NCBI RefSeq assembly: GCF_001194135.2
Contig: NC_068981.1
Location: 127,998,333 to 128,034,540 of the forward strand
Direction of reading: 5' to 3'
DNA from: Octopus bimaculoides
Taxonomy: Eukaryota
Length of the DNA stretch: 36,208 bases
In this document: in pieces, positions 22,962 to 34,630 of the stretch
Layout of the letters: the number at the start of each line of letters is the position of its first letter
Position numbering within the stretch: the stretch's first letter is position 1
Position numbers and translations under genes: made by a program
Notes under the pieces: generated by a model
What the model was told of the DNA's origin: nothing
Database searches by the model: none
The model's input: the letters and a program-made list of their open reading frames with translations, nothing else

Positions 22962-23198
22962 AAGTGGCTCTCAACCATTTTTTGCCTATGGAGCCCCTGT
23001 GATTCCTATTTTACTTGCGTGGACCATTTGATGTTTGAAAAAATCTTATCATACTAAATATTATTAAAAATTGTATAAAAGATTGCTAAAGATATTTTGT
23101 ATATTGTATATGTACAACGAGTTCATTGGACATGAATTTTAACAACGAAATCTTATGTGGACCCCAAGGGCCATATGAACTCCTATTGAGAACCACTG
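22962..23198. mobile_element. hAT (Charlie-type) MITE
   Basis: TIRs are AAGTGGCTCTCAAC and ATTGAGAACCACTG. The 8-bp TSD is TGTTAAAA (22954-22961) / TGTTAACA (23199-23206) with a central TA, diagnostic of hAT-Charlie. Confidence 0.8.
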
Positions 23199-23364
23199 TG
23201 TTAACACTTAGATGATGACTAAAGTTTTTCCACGCAACAACTCTTGGTGCCTAATGTATTGATGTTTTCGAAGAGCATGATCTAAAAATTTTACAAGCAA
23301 AATTGCAGTCCTACAAGTCTTACTGATCACCGACAGAATTTTGTCAGTATAAACACTAATAACC

Positions 23365-23646
23365 ATTGCAGCGTGGAAGGTGTTTATAAGCCATTTAAAA
23401 TAACACACAAAATCCGTTAGATTCACTTCAACATTTAAATTTAATTTGTCAAAATATTTTCGTCGCTTTCAGACCGCGACCTGTTCACTGACAAAATTCT
23501 GTGCTGCATCAGAATTTTGTCAGTGAACAGGTCGCGGTCTGAAAGCGACGAAAATATTTTGACAAAGTAAATTTAAATGTTGAAGAGAATCTAACGGATT
23601 TTGTGTGTTATTTTAAATGGCTTATAAACACCTTCCACGCTGCAAT
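23365..23646. repeat. Near-perfect long palindrome (137-bp arms, 8-nt loop)
   Basis: The left arm 23365-23501 is the reverse complement of 23510-23646, with two mismatches by eye. The loop is TGCTGCAT. Confidence 0.95.
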
Positions 23647-24480
23647 TGTTTTCGTTTTAGCACACGATCTCAGATCAGGTCACTTGCTATGCAAGTACAT
23701 CTCCGTAAAACACTAATAAGTTTACTGAAAATTCTCGTAAATTTTTCTTGTCGGACATTATTATTATTATTTTTTTTTTTAGATATGTCCGATCCTCTTG
23801 ATTCTTTTCCCTTTAAAGTAACTCATGACTGGTTTTTCAATGAAGCTAAAATTGTTATCAAAACCTCTGATAAAAATGCGTGGCTGAGTTATATCCCATA
23901 TGTTGATAGATTCGTCCAGGGTTAAAGAAAATAAAGGAGAGACCTTTTAATTTCTCAGTTACATAAGGAAAGAACTCTTCCATGTGTGCTACATCGAAGT
24001 CCTACAATGTTTTTATCGCCAAGAAATAAATACTTAGAAACAAGGTCAAAAAAATTTCTTCTCCATCAGAGAAAGGTTTTCATTTTTGGCCAACACCAAA
24101 GCGATTTCATAGGGCGCTTCTTTCATCACCAGATTTTTACAACTTCATTTAACAAACGTATTTTAGTTTTTGATTTCGTCTGTTTACCTAAATATGTATT
24201 CTTTCCATAATGTATCTTTATATGTGTGTTGTCTGTTAAACTGGTATTTTTTTTTATTATGTGAGAAATTTTACGTGTATAATAAAAATACGAATATAGA
24301 ATTAAACAGTAAAACAATCAAAACGCATTTAATTATTCACTTTTTCTCGTGAACCCTCTAACCTTTTGCGTTCCGGAAAAAAAATTGACCGGGAAACGTT
24401 AGTTTAATATAATATATAGTGTACTGAGCAGTACATATGAGATTCATAAGATTAATCTTTTTATGATGCAACCTGATTTA

Positions 24481-24820
24481 TAGGGTAAGAGTAGAGACCC
24501 ACTTCGGTCATGAATGACCATGGAATTGCACCTAGAAAGTTCCCCTCCGAAGCACAAGTTCGGGCAAGGTTGTTTATGGAAGACCACCAGTCGCCCATGC
24601 ATGTCATGCTTCTCCTTTCCACGCCACCGACGTTGTGACGTTGTCCCAGGGAAAGGCCGATACAGCTTGACACCAGTGATGTCGCAACTCATTCCTACAG
24701 CTGAGTGAACTGGAGCAACGTGAAATAAAGTGTCTTGCTCAAGAGAACAACACAGCCCGGTCCAAGAATCGACCTCACTACCTCATGATTGTGATCCCGA
24801 CGCTCTAACCACTGAGCCAT
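24481..24820 (-). mobile_element. Near full-length tRNA-derived CORE-like SINE (family S2)
   Basis: The minus-strand head ATGGCTCAGTGGTTAGAGCGTCGGGATCACAATCATGAGGTAGTGAGGTCGATTC has A and B boxes and is followed by a CTTGAGCAAGACACTT CORE-like block. Octopus OR2 is a described CORE-SINE, but identity with it was not verified. Confidence 0.78.
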
Positions 24821-25157
24821 CACTGATTAATAACGGACATATTTCATATTTATAATGAACAGTATTTCACTGATTTATAATGGACAATATTACTTTTACC
24901 TATTTCGATAGACTGTAGAATAGGAACTCTAAGCTAATGTTATATTGTAGTCTATGGATTGTATCTTTCGTTTTAGAAATATTTATGGATACGTGGTAAT
25001 GCGAATGTTGGAGCTATAGTAGTAATGTAGATAATTATATTTACCATGCTTTGCTCTGGATCCTCAATACCTAGATGGAATTGTACGGGCGCCACCGCGA
25101 TATACGGTAATTCAAGGGGCAGTTCTTAAATCTGGCAGGCCCCACAAATGATTTCTT

Positions 25158-25225
<68 letters not shown>

Positions 25226-26100
25226 NNNNNNNNNNNNNNNNNNNNNNNNNNNNNNNNNNNNNNNNNNNNNNNNNNNNNNNNNNNNNNNNNNNNNNNNNNN
25301 NNNNNNNNNNNNNNNNNNNNNNNNNNNNNNNNNNNNNNNNNNNNNNNNNNNNNNNNNNNNNNNNNNNNNNNNNNNNNNNNNNNNNNNNNNNNNNNNNNNN
25401 NNNNNNNNNNNNNNNNNNNNNNNNNNNNNNNNNNNNNNNNNNNNNNNNNNNNNNNNNNNNNNNNNNNNNNNNNNNNNNNNNNNNNNNNNNNNNNNNNNNN
25501 NNNNNNNNNNNNNNNNNNNNNNNNNNNNNNNNNNNNNNNNNNNNNNNNNNNNNNNNNNNNNNNNNNNNNNNNNNNNNNNNNNNNNNNNNNNNNNNNNNNN
25601 NNNNNNNNNNNNNNNNNNNNNNNNNNNNNNNNNNNNNNNNNNNNNNNNNNNNNNNNNNNNNNNNNNNNNNNNNNNNNNNNNNNNNNNNNNNNNNNNNNNN
25701 NNNNNNNNNNNNNNNNNNNNNNNNNNNNNNNNNNNNNNNNNNNNNNNNNNNNNNNNNNNNNNNNNNNNNNNNNNNNNNNNNNNNNNNNNNNNNNNNNNNN
25801 NNNNNNNNNNNNNNNNNNNNNNNNNNNNNNNNNNNNNNNNNNNNNNNNNNNNNNNNNNNNNNNNNNNNNNNNNNNNNNNNNNNNNNNNNNNNNNNNNNNN
25901 NNNNNNNNNNNNNNNNNNNNNNNNNNNNNNNNNNNNNNNNNNNNNNNNNNNNNNNNNNNNNNNNNNNNNNNNNNNNNNNNNNNNNNNNNNNNNNNNNNNN
26001 NNNNNNNNNNNNNNNNNNNNNNNNNNNNNNNNNNNNNNNNNNNNNNNNNNNNNNNNNNNNNNNNNNNNNNNNNNNNNNNNNNNNNNNNNNNNNNNNNNNN
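25226..26100. other. Assembly gap (representative)
   Basis: N-runs lie at 2667-2948, 5121-5538, 6277-7177, 25226-26100, 31839-31926, 32874-33204 and 34714-35493. Most abut microsatellites. Confidence 0.99.
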
Positions 26101-26820
26101 ATATATATTTCAAAGTTAAGTTTACAGCGAGGTTACTTATGCGATAACTCGGCGTTTTAATATTTTGATAGAAATTTTATGAATTGTATTTTATAAAAAA
26201 ATAAGAAGGTTTAGCAGTATAACGTTTTCTTTGAAACGCAGTTTGTCAGACAGATGCCAATTAATTTCAATGCGACCTTCCAGCGTCTTTCTGTGGTAGT
26301 ATCGGTACAAAAGCTGTAGATAAATAGCTAAGGAAAATATAGCCACTGTAAATGTAGATATCGTACAGCACGGGTATTATAGCTGCTATAAATATGTAAC
26401 TGTGAGTAGTGATAGCTATTACTATGCTAATATATGTAGGAGTGGAGGAATAACGTTTAGTTTGTGATGTGCTGGTGTTACAATTGAATCAGACTTCGTA
26501 CGCATCGACTGGACTGCTAAAAAAGTGTGTGTCCTCATGTGTTACACGAGAGACGTAATCCTGTTGAACAACACAATTTGACCCTTGGGTGCTTTCAGCA
26601 AAGTCCTCCTTGTTGAAAATCTCAGCTCTGACATTACTACCACTGCCTTCCGTCTTTTATTCCAACATTGCTCTTCCTCTTCTGATTAAGCCATAGAGTG
26701 AATGTGTGATTGTATATATGTGTGTATATGTGTTTGTGTATATTTACGTATGTTGTGCGTATGTGTCAGGTCGGATTAAAATGATCTGCTACTTGTAATC
26801 AGAAAAATCATTATTATGTA

Positions 26821-27648
26821 TGTCACGATCGGAAACGATGGGGACTAAACAGGGGAAACCACTCTAGGGTCTCACCCTGGTTTATAAAGGGTGACTAGGC
26901 AAATTGAGAGGACAACAGACAATACCTGTCTTCAAGGGTGGATCAAACACAACGAAAAGTAAACCGTCATACACTGTTGTTGTTGTTGGTACTCCGTCGC
27001 TTACGACGTCAAGGGTTCCAGTTGATCCGATCAACGGAACAACCTGCTCGTGAAATTAACGTGCAAGTGGCTGAGCACTCCACAGACACGTGTACCCTTA
27101 ACGTAGTTCTCGGGGATACTCAGCGTGACACAGTGTGACAAGGCTGACCCTTTGAATTACAGGCACAACAGAAACAGGAAGTAAGAGTGAGAGAAAGTTG
27201 TGGTGAAAGAGTACAGCAAGGTTCGCCACCATCCCCTGCCGGAGCCTCGTGGAGCTTTTAGGTGTTTTCGCTCAATAAACTCACAACGCCCGGTCTGGGA
27301 ATCGAAACCGCGATCCTATGACCGCGAGTCCGCTGCACTAACCACTGGGCCATTACGCCTCCACCGTCATACACTAAAACAGTAAATAAAACAGAACCTT
27401 TATTAAGATTGTTTAATCTGTTATTGCTGACTCTCTTGATAACCTCTCACCCAGTTGTCTCTCTCGCTGACGACCTGTGCTGGTCTGTCTTTCTTCTGCG
27501 CCAAGGAACAGCGCGCGAGAGCAGTCCTACGTAAAAACGAAGCCAGCCTAAAGTGGCTTCACTCTGGCTTGCTTAGTATTAATCCTAATCCTGTCTTAAC
27601 CGTCAATCACATATCCCGTGCAGGTAAACTGTGGCTCCAATTTAAACA
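26821..27648 (-). mobile_element. Probable Gypsy-type solo LTR (about 430 bp) interrupted by a SINE
   Basis: TGT...ACA termini with a 4-bp TSD TGTA (26817-26820, 27649-27652). On the minus strand AATAAA is followed by a T/GT-rich tract and the element ends ATCGTGACA. Confidence 0.5.
26976..27364 (-). mobile_element. Full-length tRNA-derived SINE with (CAA)n tail and intact TSD (family S3)
   Basis: The head is GTGGAGGCGTAATGGCCCAGTGGTTAG..GGTTTCGATTCCC and the tail is CAACAACAACAAC. TSD CGTCATACACT lies at 26965-26975 and 27365-27375. Confidence 0.85.
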
Positions 27649-28134
27649 TGTACTGACTTGACGATTGATATGCTATTTCTGTGTTCATACGAGTATGCGC
27701 AAGCGAATTGTTGTGTACGTTTCTGTGTGCTTCGGTGCTTGCGTACACATGTGTATGTGTGTATGTCTGTGTGTATGTCTCTGTGTATGTTTGTGTGTGT
27801 GTGGATGTATACGTGCATGAAAACAGGTGTGCAAATTAATGTTTTTCTATTACTCAATCAAAAGAAGGCAATGTCAAACCCTTTGTCGGAGCTTCTGTGA
27901 CTGATACGAGGAATGAATGAATGAATGAATGAATGAAGGAATGAAGGAAGGAAGGAAGGAAGGGATGGGAAGGAAGGAAGGAAGGAAGGGATGGGGGAAG
28001 GAAGGAGGGAGGAAGCCATCCTTAGGTCAAAGATCTGGCTGAAATATTCTCAAACAGAGTGGACTCCACTGGAGTCACCTGATGACGAATTAAGTCATCC
28101 TAGAACCGGGGTTTCCACGCAGTTCTCTTCTGCT

Positions 28135-28500
28135 AAATTTTAATTCACAAGGTTTTAGTTGGCTTGAGGCTATGGGAGAGAAGACACCATCCCAAGAAGC
28201 CGCGTAATGCCGTTTCGTATGAAACGAAAGTCTTAAGCATACAGTCACGCCTGCGCTTGTTTGAGTGAGTGTGTATGTAAATAGGTGCGCGTATTTGAGT
28301 GTAAGATAATACGTGGGCGTCAAACACAGAATGTTCAATCCAGACAGACCAGCAACAAACTGCAGGCATCGTTGAGAAGTTAAGAAGTTCATTTTGCGTT
28401 CATGCTGTCCCGGGTTCGATCCCACGATGTGGAATTTCAGGCAAGTGTCTTTTACCATAAACCTTGGGTGGATCCGTGTCATGTAAGTAAAATTCGGTTC
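28135..28500. mobile_element. Two decayed CORE-like SINE fragments in divergent orientation
   Basis: AGAAGACACCATCCCAAG (about 28180, minus-strand copy) and GGGTTCGATCCC..GGCAAGTGTCTT (about 28410-28450, plus-strand copy). Highly diverged. Confidence 0.4.
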
Positions 28501-28699
28501 ATGGAGATTGCGGACTGCATTCGTAAGTCCACCTTGTTACACACCGTGTTATGCCGATGCTGTCGGTTGTACTCTATATTTAGAATAGAACAGTCTGCGG
28601 AGTATACAACTACTTCTTGTTTATCCAATGCGTAGGTAGTTCAATTAATCGAACTGGAATACTTATCGTCTAAACCGACGGAGATCCATTTGCACTTTC

Positions 28700-28898
28700 T
28701 ACGTCTATGTCAGCTCATTTCACTTCTCCTTTTTTTTTTTATTCAACCTTACCATACCTCTCCCACTTTCTCCCACGGTTTTCGGTTTTCACCCAACACA
28801 GTCTCTCAATCTCACGATTTCTTCGCTTCATTTCGACTCTATCGTCCGTTTATTTCTTCTTTCTCTCTCGCTTTCCTCTCTGTCTGTCTGTCTCTTTA

Positions 28899-28933
<35 letters not shown>

Positions 28934-29314
28934 TGCTCACACATATCGCGCACACATACATACATTATATATCCTATCTTATTTCGTATATTATTCCTCT
29001 CAGTTCTCAAGTACCCCCTCTTTATATCTTCTATTACTTTTTGTTTTCTCTTTGGTTCCCCCCTCCCTATCTTGTATATTACACCTTTCTTTCTCTCTAA
29101 TTCCTCCTCCTCCCCCCAGCTCATATATCACTGTCCTCGTTCTTTCTACCTTCCCGCTCTCTTGTATATAACTCCCCCTTTCACTCCAATCCCCCCTACC
29201 TTTCTAGGTCATATACTACTTCATCTCTATTTTACGCGCGATCTTTTCGTTTTCTTGTTAATCTAAGATTTTACTCATTCTCTCTCTCAACCTCTTTCTC
29301 CCTCTCTCTATTTT

Positions 29315-29351
<37 letters not shown>

Positions 29352-29780
29352 CTTTCATCTCTTCATTCCTATCCAAAGCTTTCTCCCTTTCGCTTTCCCC
29401 AGTATCATCGCCACTGCTTATCCCCGCTTCCTTCCGTGCTTCTCTCTCTCTCACTTTCCCTCTGGCTTTCCCGTTCACTTGCTCATCCTCTTCTCTATCT
29501 TTTATCTCCTTCTCCTGTCGAGGTTTCCCCCCACCGCCTTTTGTTGCCTATCCTCGTTCTCTCTCATATATTTTATTCTCTCTACGAACCAATCTGCCTA
29601 CCACTCTCTCTATCTCCCTGCTCTCCCTGTTCTCCCTCTTTTCATCTGTCTCTCAGAATATCTCTCTATTCTGTTTATGACTAAATTATTCAACAGTTTA
29701 TTTCTCTTCTCTTCCTCTTTGATAATTCACACTTTTTCCCGTCTTTCTGTCTCCATTCCCTCTTTCAGCTCTCTTATCTC
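28700..29780. repeat. About 1.1 kb of polypyrimidine-biased low-complexity sequence
   Basis: The plus strand is overwhelmingly C/T, with CT, CCT and TTC runs. Confidence 0.85.
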
Positions 29781-29789
29781 TCGGCATTT

Positions 29790-30022
29790 GTGGCACTAGT
29801 ATCAGCAGTAGTAGTACCACCACCAGCAGCAGCAGCAGCAGCAGCAACAGTAGTTGTAGTAGTAGTAGTAGTAGTAGTAGTACACCAATCGGTGGTGGTG
29901 GTGGTGGTGGTGGCGGTGGCTGTCGTAGTCGTCATAACAGTGATAATAGTTGTAGCGGTGTTGACGCTGGTTGTTACGACTGTAGTCGTAGTGGCGGTTA
30001 CACCATTGATAGTATTTATAGT

Positions 30023-30059
<37 letters not shown>

Positions 30060-31100
30060 ACAGCAGCAGCAGTAGCAGTAGTGGTTGGTATTAGTCGGAA
30101 ACGCTTTAGTAGTGGTCGTGGTGTCACTGGTTGTAGTAGTGGTCAAATTCGGCATGGTGGTGGCGATGGTTAGAGCTGGTGCGTGACACGCGATCGCCGC
30201 GCACTTTGTACGACTCCCTCGGAAAGCACGGCAGGAAACTTGCGTGAGTGGAACGTACGTCCTTGTGTTATCAACAGCGGCACTGCAGCCGGTCAGCTGT
30301 GCCGCGTGTTTCCTAAGAGCCTGTCTCTGCTATAGCAGACAGCAACGATACTGTTTTGACAACAACAACGATACTGTTGACAACAACAGCAACAACAACT
30401 GCTGTGTTGCCACCTAACACTTATATGAACATTAACAATCACAATCCGCAACTATCGACTGCGAGGACGAACAATAATAATAGTGTCACAATCGCCAGCG
30501 ACAACAGTAGCAAAAACAGCAGCAACAACAACAACAAGAGGTAAAAATAATAATAATAATAATAATAATAGTAACAAGAATAACAACAATAATTATCATT
30601 CTTGCTGCTTCGTCGGTAGATAATACGTAAAAATAACAACCGCGACGTGAATATGGACAAGAACAACGGTGACATGGATCACATCAACTATAACAACAGC
30701 ATTAAACAATTGTAATTATTAATTAAACTAACAGCGACCGGAGCAACAGTTGCAATAACAACAACAACAACAACATCGAGAAGAATAACATTGAGTAGAA
30801 TAACAACAACCGCAAAATCCATAACAATAACCAGTAACAATAAGATCAGCGATAATAAAAGCGACTGCGGCGACGGTGGCGACTGCGGTGACAGTTTTTA
30901 AACCGGGTCTGGTACAACGTGTAACAACGGCATAAAGAAAGAAATATCATCATCATCATCATCATCATCGTCATAATCAAGAACAGTAACAGCCACCACG
31001 ACGACGGTGACGACGTCGACGAAAGACACCAGCTGAAGCAACAATTAAAGCAACGCAACCTGTAACAGCATCAACAACCGCAGCAGCAGCAGCAGTAAAA
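29790..31100. repeat. Mosaic of trinucleotide microsatellites (CAG, TAG, GGT, CAA, TAA, CAT) around a CpG-rich core at 30170-30310
   Basis: Direct reading. It explains the overlapping Val/Ala, Thr and Cys/Tyr ORFs. Confidence 0.85.
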
Positions 31101-31134
31101 AATAAGTATATAAGCAACAGTTAATCGCAAGTGT

Positions 31135-31395
31135 CTATGTGGTCGTTCGACTTGCTAGAAATAGCAGCCAAATTTCTCTCTACTGAAACCTTTACGCTTT
31201 CGGTAACAAAAAAAAAAGGACATATCGATAATGTAGTCCTAGATAGACACCAACCCCAAAATTAAAAAAAAAAAAAGACGGGATGGTCATAATTAGAATG
31301 CCTAGAATGCATTCTTTTATCATGGGGTTGGCTCGTCTGGAGCTGAACTGAGGGTTAAACAAAACAACAACAACAACAACAACAACAACAAAATC
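31135..31395 (+). mobile_element. Family T (CAA)n-tailed non-autonomous retroposon
   Basis: This is the best-preserved copy: ATGTGGTCGTTCGACTTGCTAGAAATAGCAGCCAAAT...GACGGGATGGTC...GGTTAAAC(AAC)n. Homologous fragments lie at 8053, 13135 and 16880. Confidence 0.55.
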
Positions 31396-31984
31396 AACAA
31401 AAAAGTAACAACCGTCGTGATGGTCATTCACTGTGTGAGCCGTCGCAATAATAACACAAGTACAACAGTAATAACAACAACATCAACAACAGTAACAACT
31501 ACCGCAACACTGCCACCGTCCTCATGCGCCATCCAAACGCAGTCAGATATATAAATATATATATATATAGCAAGCGATAACAAAGCATCGACAAGATAAC
31601 TGTTTCACAATAGAGAGTAACTTACAATTTATCCCGAATATATATATATACATACAAAAATAAGAGGGATGACCAGCAAAAGTGGACTCCTATATGCTAG
31701 AAATAGATGCCGAATCATCTAACCACGAAAAAAATATATGTTCTCAGTAAAAATTCAGCGACACAACAGTTTTTTTTTAATATGCTAGACCACTGGTTCA
31801 AATTGATTAATATCAATTTCTACCCTCATAAATAAATTNNNNNNNNNNNNNNNNNNNNNNNNNNNNNNNNNNNNNNNNNNNNNNNNNNNNNNNNNNNNNN
31901 NNNNNNNNNNNNNNNNNNNNNNNNNNATATATCACGACGTTCATGCTGCAATAGAAGAGGTGGTGACAGGCGTGGTGGTAAAAA

Positions 31985-32020
31985 CGTCGGCGTCGTCAGT
32001 GACGTGACGGAAGTACAAGA
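31985..32020 (+). promoter_or_regulatory. Putative core promoter (Inr-like TCAGT, CRE-like TGACGT, ETS-like CGGAAGT)
   Basis: TCAGT at 31996-32000, TGACGT at 32000-32005 and CGGAAGT at 32008-32014 lie in a CpG-rich patch about 250 nt upstream of the ATG. I see no good splice acceptor between here and the ATG. Confidence 0.35.
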
Positions 32021-32255
32021 CTCGGTAAAGAACTAGAAAGAAAGAAAGAACAAAAAAGGAAAGAGGACAAAAAAAAAATTCTTAAGACGGAGAGACAGTA
32101 AAATGTTATAGGAAAGCAGTAACTCAGGTACGTCTGTCGGAAAGTAGAAAACACAAACAAGCACCTGATAACGATAGTTTCGTTCATCGTCTGCTTTATA
32201 CACCTGTCGATACCGTATTGAACACTCAACACTGGCCGATCGGTCCTTGGCTACA

Positions 32256-32765
32256 ATGGCAGTCAACGAAAATATTAATTATTGTAACATACAAAGAGCT
32301 GTACCTACAGCATGGTCAAGTTCTATTCTGCAGGACCCGGCTTCTATGATACGCCACCTCTTCATTCAGGAACTTTTGCTTACTGTTTTTGTATTGGTTT
32401 GCTTCGTGTTGATTCGGACAATATATACAGTTGTGAAGCGTCGATATGCTCGGATCACAGTATTCGTAATCGGTGGTGGGCCTATCGGGTTGACAGCAAT
32501 GTTTATAGCCGCCAAATGTGTCCGTGTAGCGCGCCTGGTCCTTTACGAAGAACTCAGTCGAAGTTCCTTGATAAACAGACTCAATCAACTTGCTTTCGAT
32601 ATGTCCAGTATAAACTTTCTCAAAGACCTTGGAATAGATTTCCATAATATGGAAGGCTGTTGGCAACAAAATAGTTTTTCTACTCGAGCCGGCATTTTTC
32701 AGGAGTACCTTTTGAATCTTATTTCAAAGATGGATGTGCCGATAGAAATGAAATTCCAAACAAAA
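32256..32765 (+). CDS. First coding exon of a putative membrane-anchored FAD-dependent oxidoreductase/monooxygenase (MICAL-MO-like)
   Basis: The start has strong Kozak context (ACAATGG). A hydrophobic helix LLLTVFVLVCFVLI with a basic flank KRR precedes the Rossmann motif ITVFVIGGGPIGLTA..LVLYEE (GxGxxG plus acidic end of beta-2). A canonical donor AAA|GTAAGT follows at 32765/32766 (phase 0). The frame is long, stop-free and non-repetitive. Downstream exons were not identified. Confidence 0.85.
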
Positions 32766-32841
32766 GTAAGTTGTATATATTTTCATACATGAATGCACAC
32801 ACACATACACACACGCGCTTGCATGCAGTATGTGTATGTAT

Positions 32842-32873
<32 letters not shown>

Positions 32874-33794
32874 NNNNNNNNNNNNNNNNNNNNNNNNNNN
32901 NNNNNNNNNNNNNNNNNNNNNNNNNNNNNNNNNNNNNNNNNNNNNNNNNNNNNNNNNNNNNNNNNNNNNNNNNNNNNNNNNNNNNNNNNNNNNNNNNNNN
33001 NNNNNNNNNNNNNNNNNNNNNNNNNNNNNNNNNNNNNNNNNNNNNNNNNNNNNNNNNNNNNNNNNNNNNNNNNNNNNNNNNNNNNNNNNNNNNNNNNNNN
33101 NNNNNNNNNNNNNNNNNNNNNNNNNNNNNNNNNNNNNNNNNNNNNNNNNNNNNNNNNNNNNNNNNNNNNNNNNNNNNNNNNNNNNNNNNNNNNNNNNNNN
33201 NNNNTATATATATACATACACGTATACACACCCACACACGCTCATATGCGCATACACATACACACACATATTGTTTCCATTTCAGCGTCTTCGAAGTTTG
33301 ATTTCAGTGATAAATAAGTAATGTGCTATGTAAGCCTCAAGTAAACACTGATGTTGAATTAACATTACTGTATATGGCCTATTTAGTGGGGAGGTAGGGT
33401 GGGGGAATGCTTAAAACATGAATTTATACGAGATGTAAAATGCGAAATTGTGATGATCATACTTTTCTCATTATCATAATTCATTTAAATAAAGTGAAAT
33501 GACTTTAAGTGGAAAACATACAGCGAATCTCACCACAGACAACAATACTATTTCATTTCATTTCAATGTATTTGAGAAAGGCACGATTATTATAAAGTCC
33601 CATTTCCCCTAACTCCTTCTATATATCTTACATCAATGTAAAAAAAAAACAACCAATCAGAGATCAATATTGTTACAGGTATGTAATGTTTGTTTTTACA
33701 AACGTATAGGGTATAAGGAGTTCCGTTTTACTTTTAAGTAATGTTTGAAGGTATTGGCATATACTTAACACCCTCAAACACTGCATATTGATCA

Positions 33795-33825
<31 letters not shown>

Positions 33826-34087
33826 GGTCTGTATTTATACTGATCAATAAGAAATGTCAAAATATCGTATGTGCGTTCAATAACTACATTTATGTGTGTG
33901 TGTGTGTGTATGTGTGTAGTGTGTATGTATTTATGTGTGGCGCGCGTGTGTGTATGTATTTGTGTGTGGCGTGTGTGCATACGTGTGTTTTCTTTAGTGG
34001 TTTACTGTTTTTCTTTAGCACGTAGATTATATATTTTTACTATTGGTGGGGCATATTAGAAACACGCATTCATAAACACTCTTGCAT

Positions 34088-34143
<56 letters not shown>

Positions 34144-34454
34144 GTAATTAGTAAAATAACTAAATCGAAAACATTTTCGGCGAAATCTATAAAACTAAAA
34201 AAAAAAAAAAATCATGTAACAGACCGGGACACACTGTGTTTCTGCAAACATGCTCTCATTGTAGAAGTACAACCAAAGGCGTCATCGGCTAGTAAACAGA
34301 TCTTGCAGCTGAAATTCTTCGAATACAACACTTTAGTAGAAACCAAAATAAGGAAATGGCAGAAAGGAAACAATATTTTGTTTTTCTCTGAAAGAAATCA
34401 TGGGTTCAAGAGATTTGGAAAACAGCTTATATACTTTAATACATGCCTCGATAA

Positions 34455-34630
34455 GGCGGTAAGCTGGCAAAAAGGCTAACATGCGGGATTAGATGCTTAG
34501 CAATGTTTCGTCCGCCTTTACGTTCTGAGTTTAAATTCTGCCGAGGCTGACTTGGCTTTTCAATGTAATCGACTTTTCCTCCCCACCCCCCTGAAATTGC
34601 TGACCTTGTACCAAGATTTGAAACCAATAC
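34455..34630 (+). mobile_element. Family S1 SINE with internal deletion
   Basis: AAGGCGGTAAGCTGGCAAAA..TTACGTTCTGAGTTTAAATTCTGCCGAGG..GTAATCGAC. Confidence 0.7.

Noticed and set aside
29790-30173. Plus-strand poly-Val/Ala ORF resembling a multi-pass membrane protein
   Set aside because: It is the (GTA)/(GCA)/(GTG) repeat frame, has no ATG start, and shows no domain signature.
30336-30540. Plus-strand Thr/Asn-rich frame ending at a possible donor AG|GTAAAA
   Set aside because: Low-complexity repeat frame with a weak donor and no compatible downstream acceptor identified.
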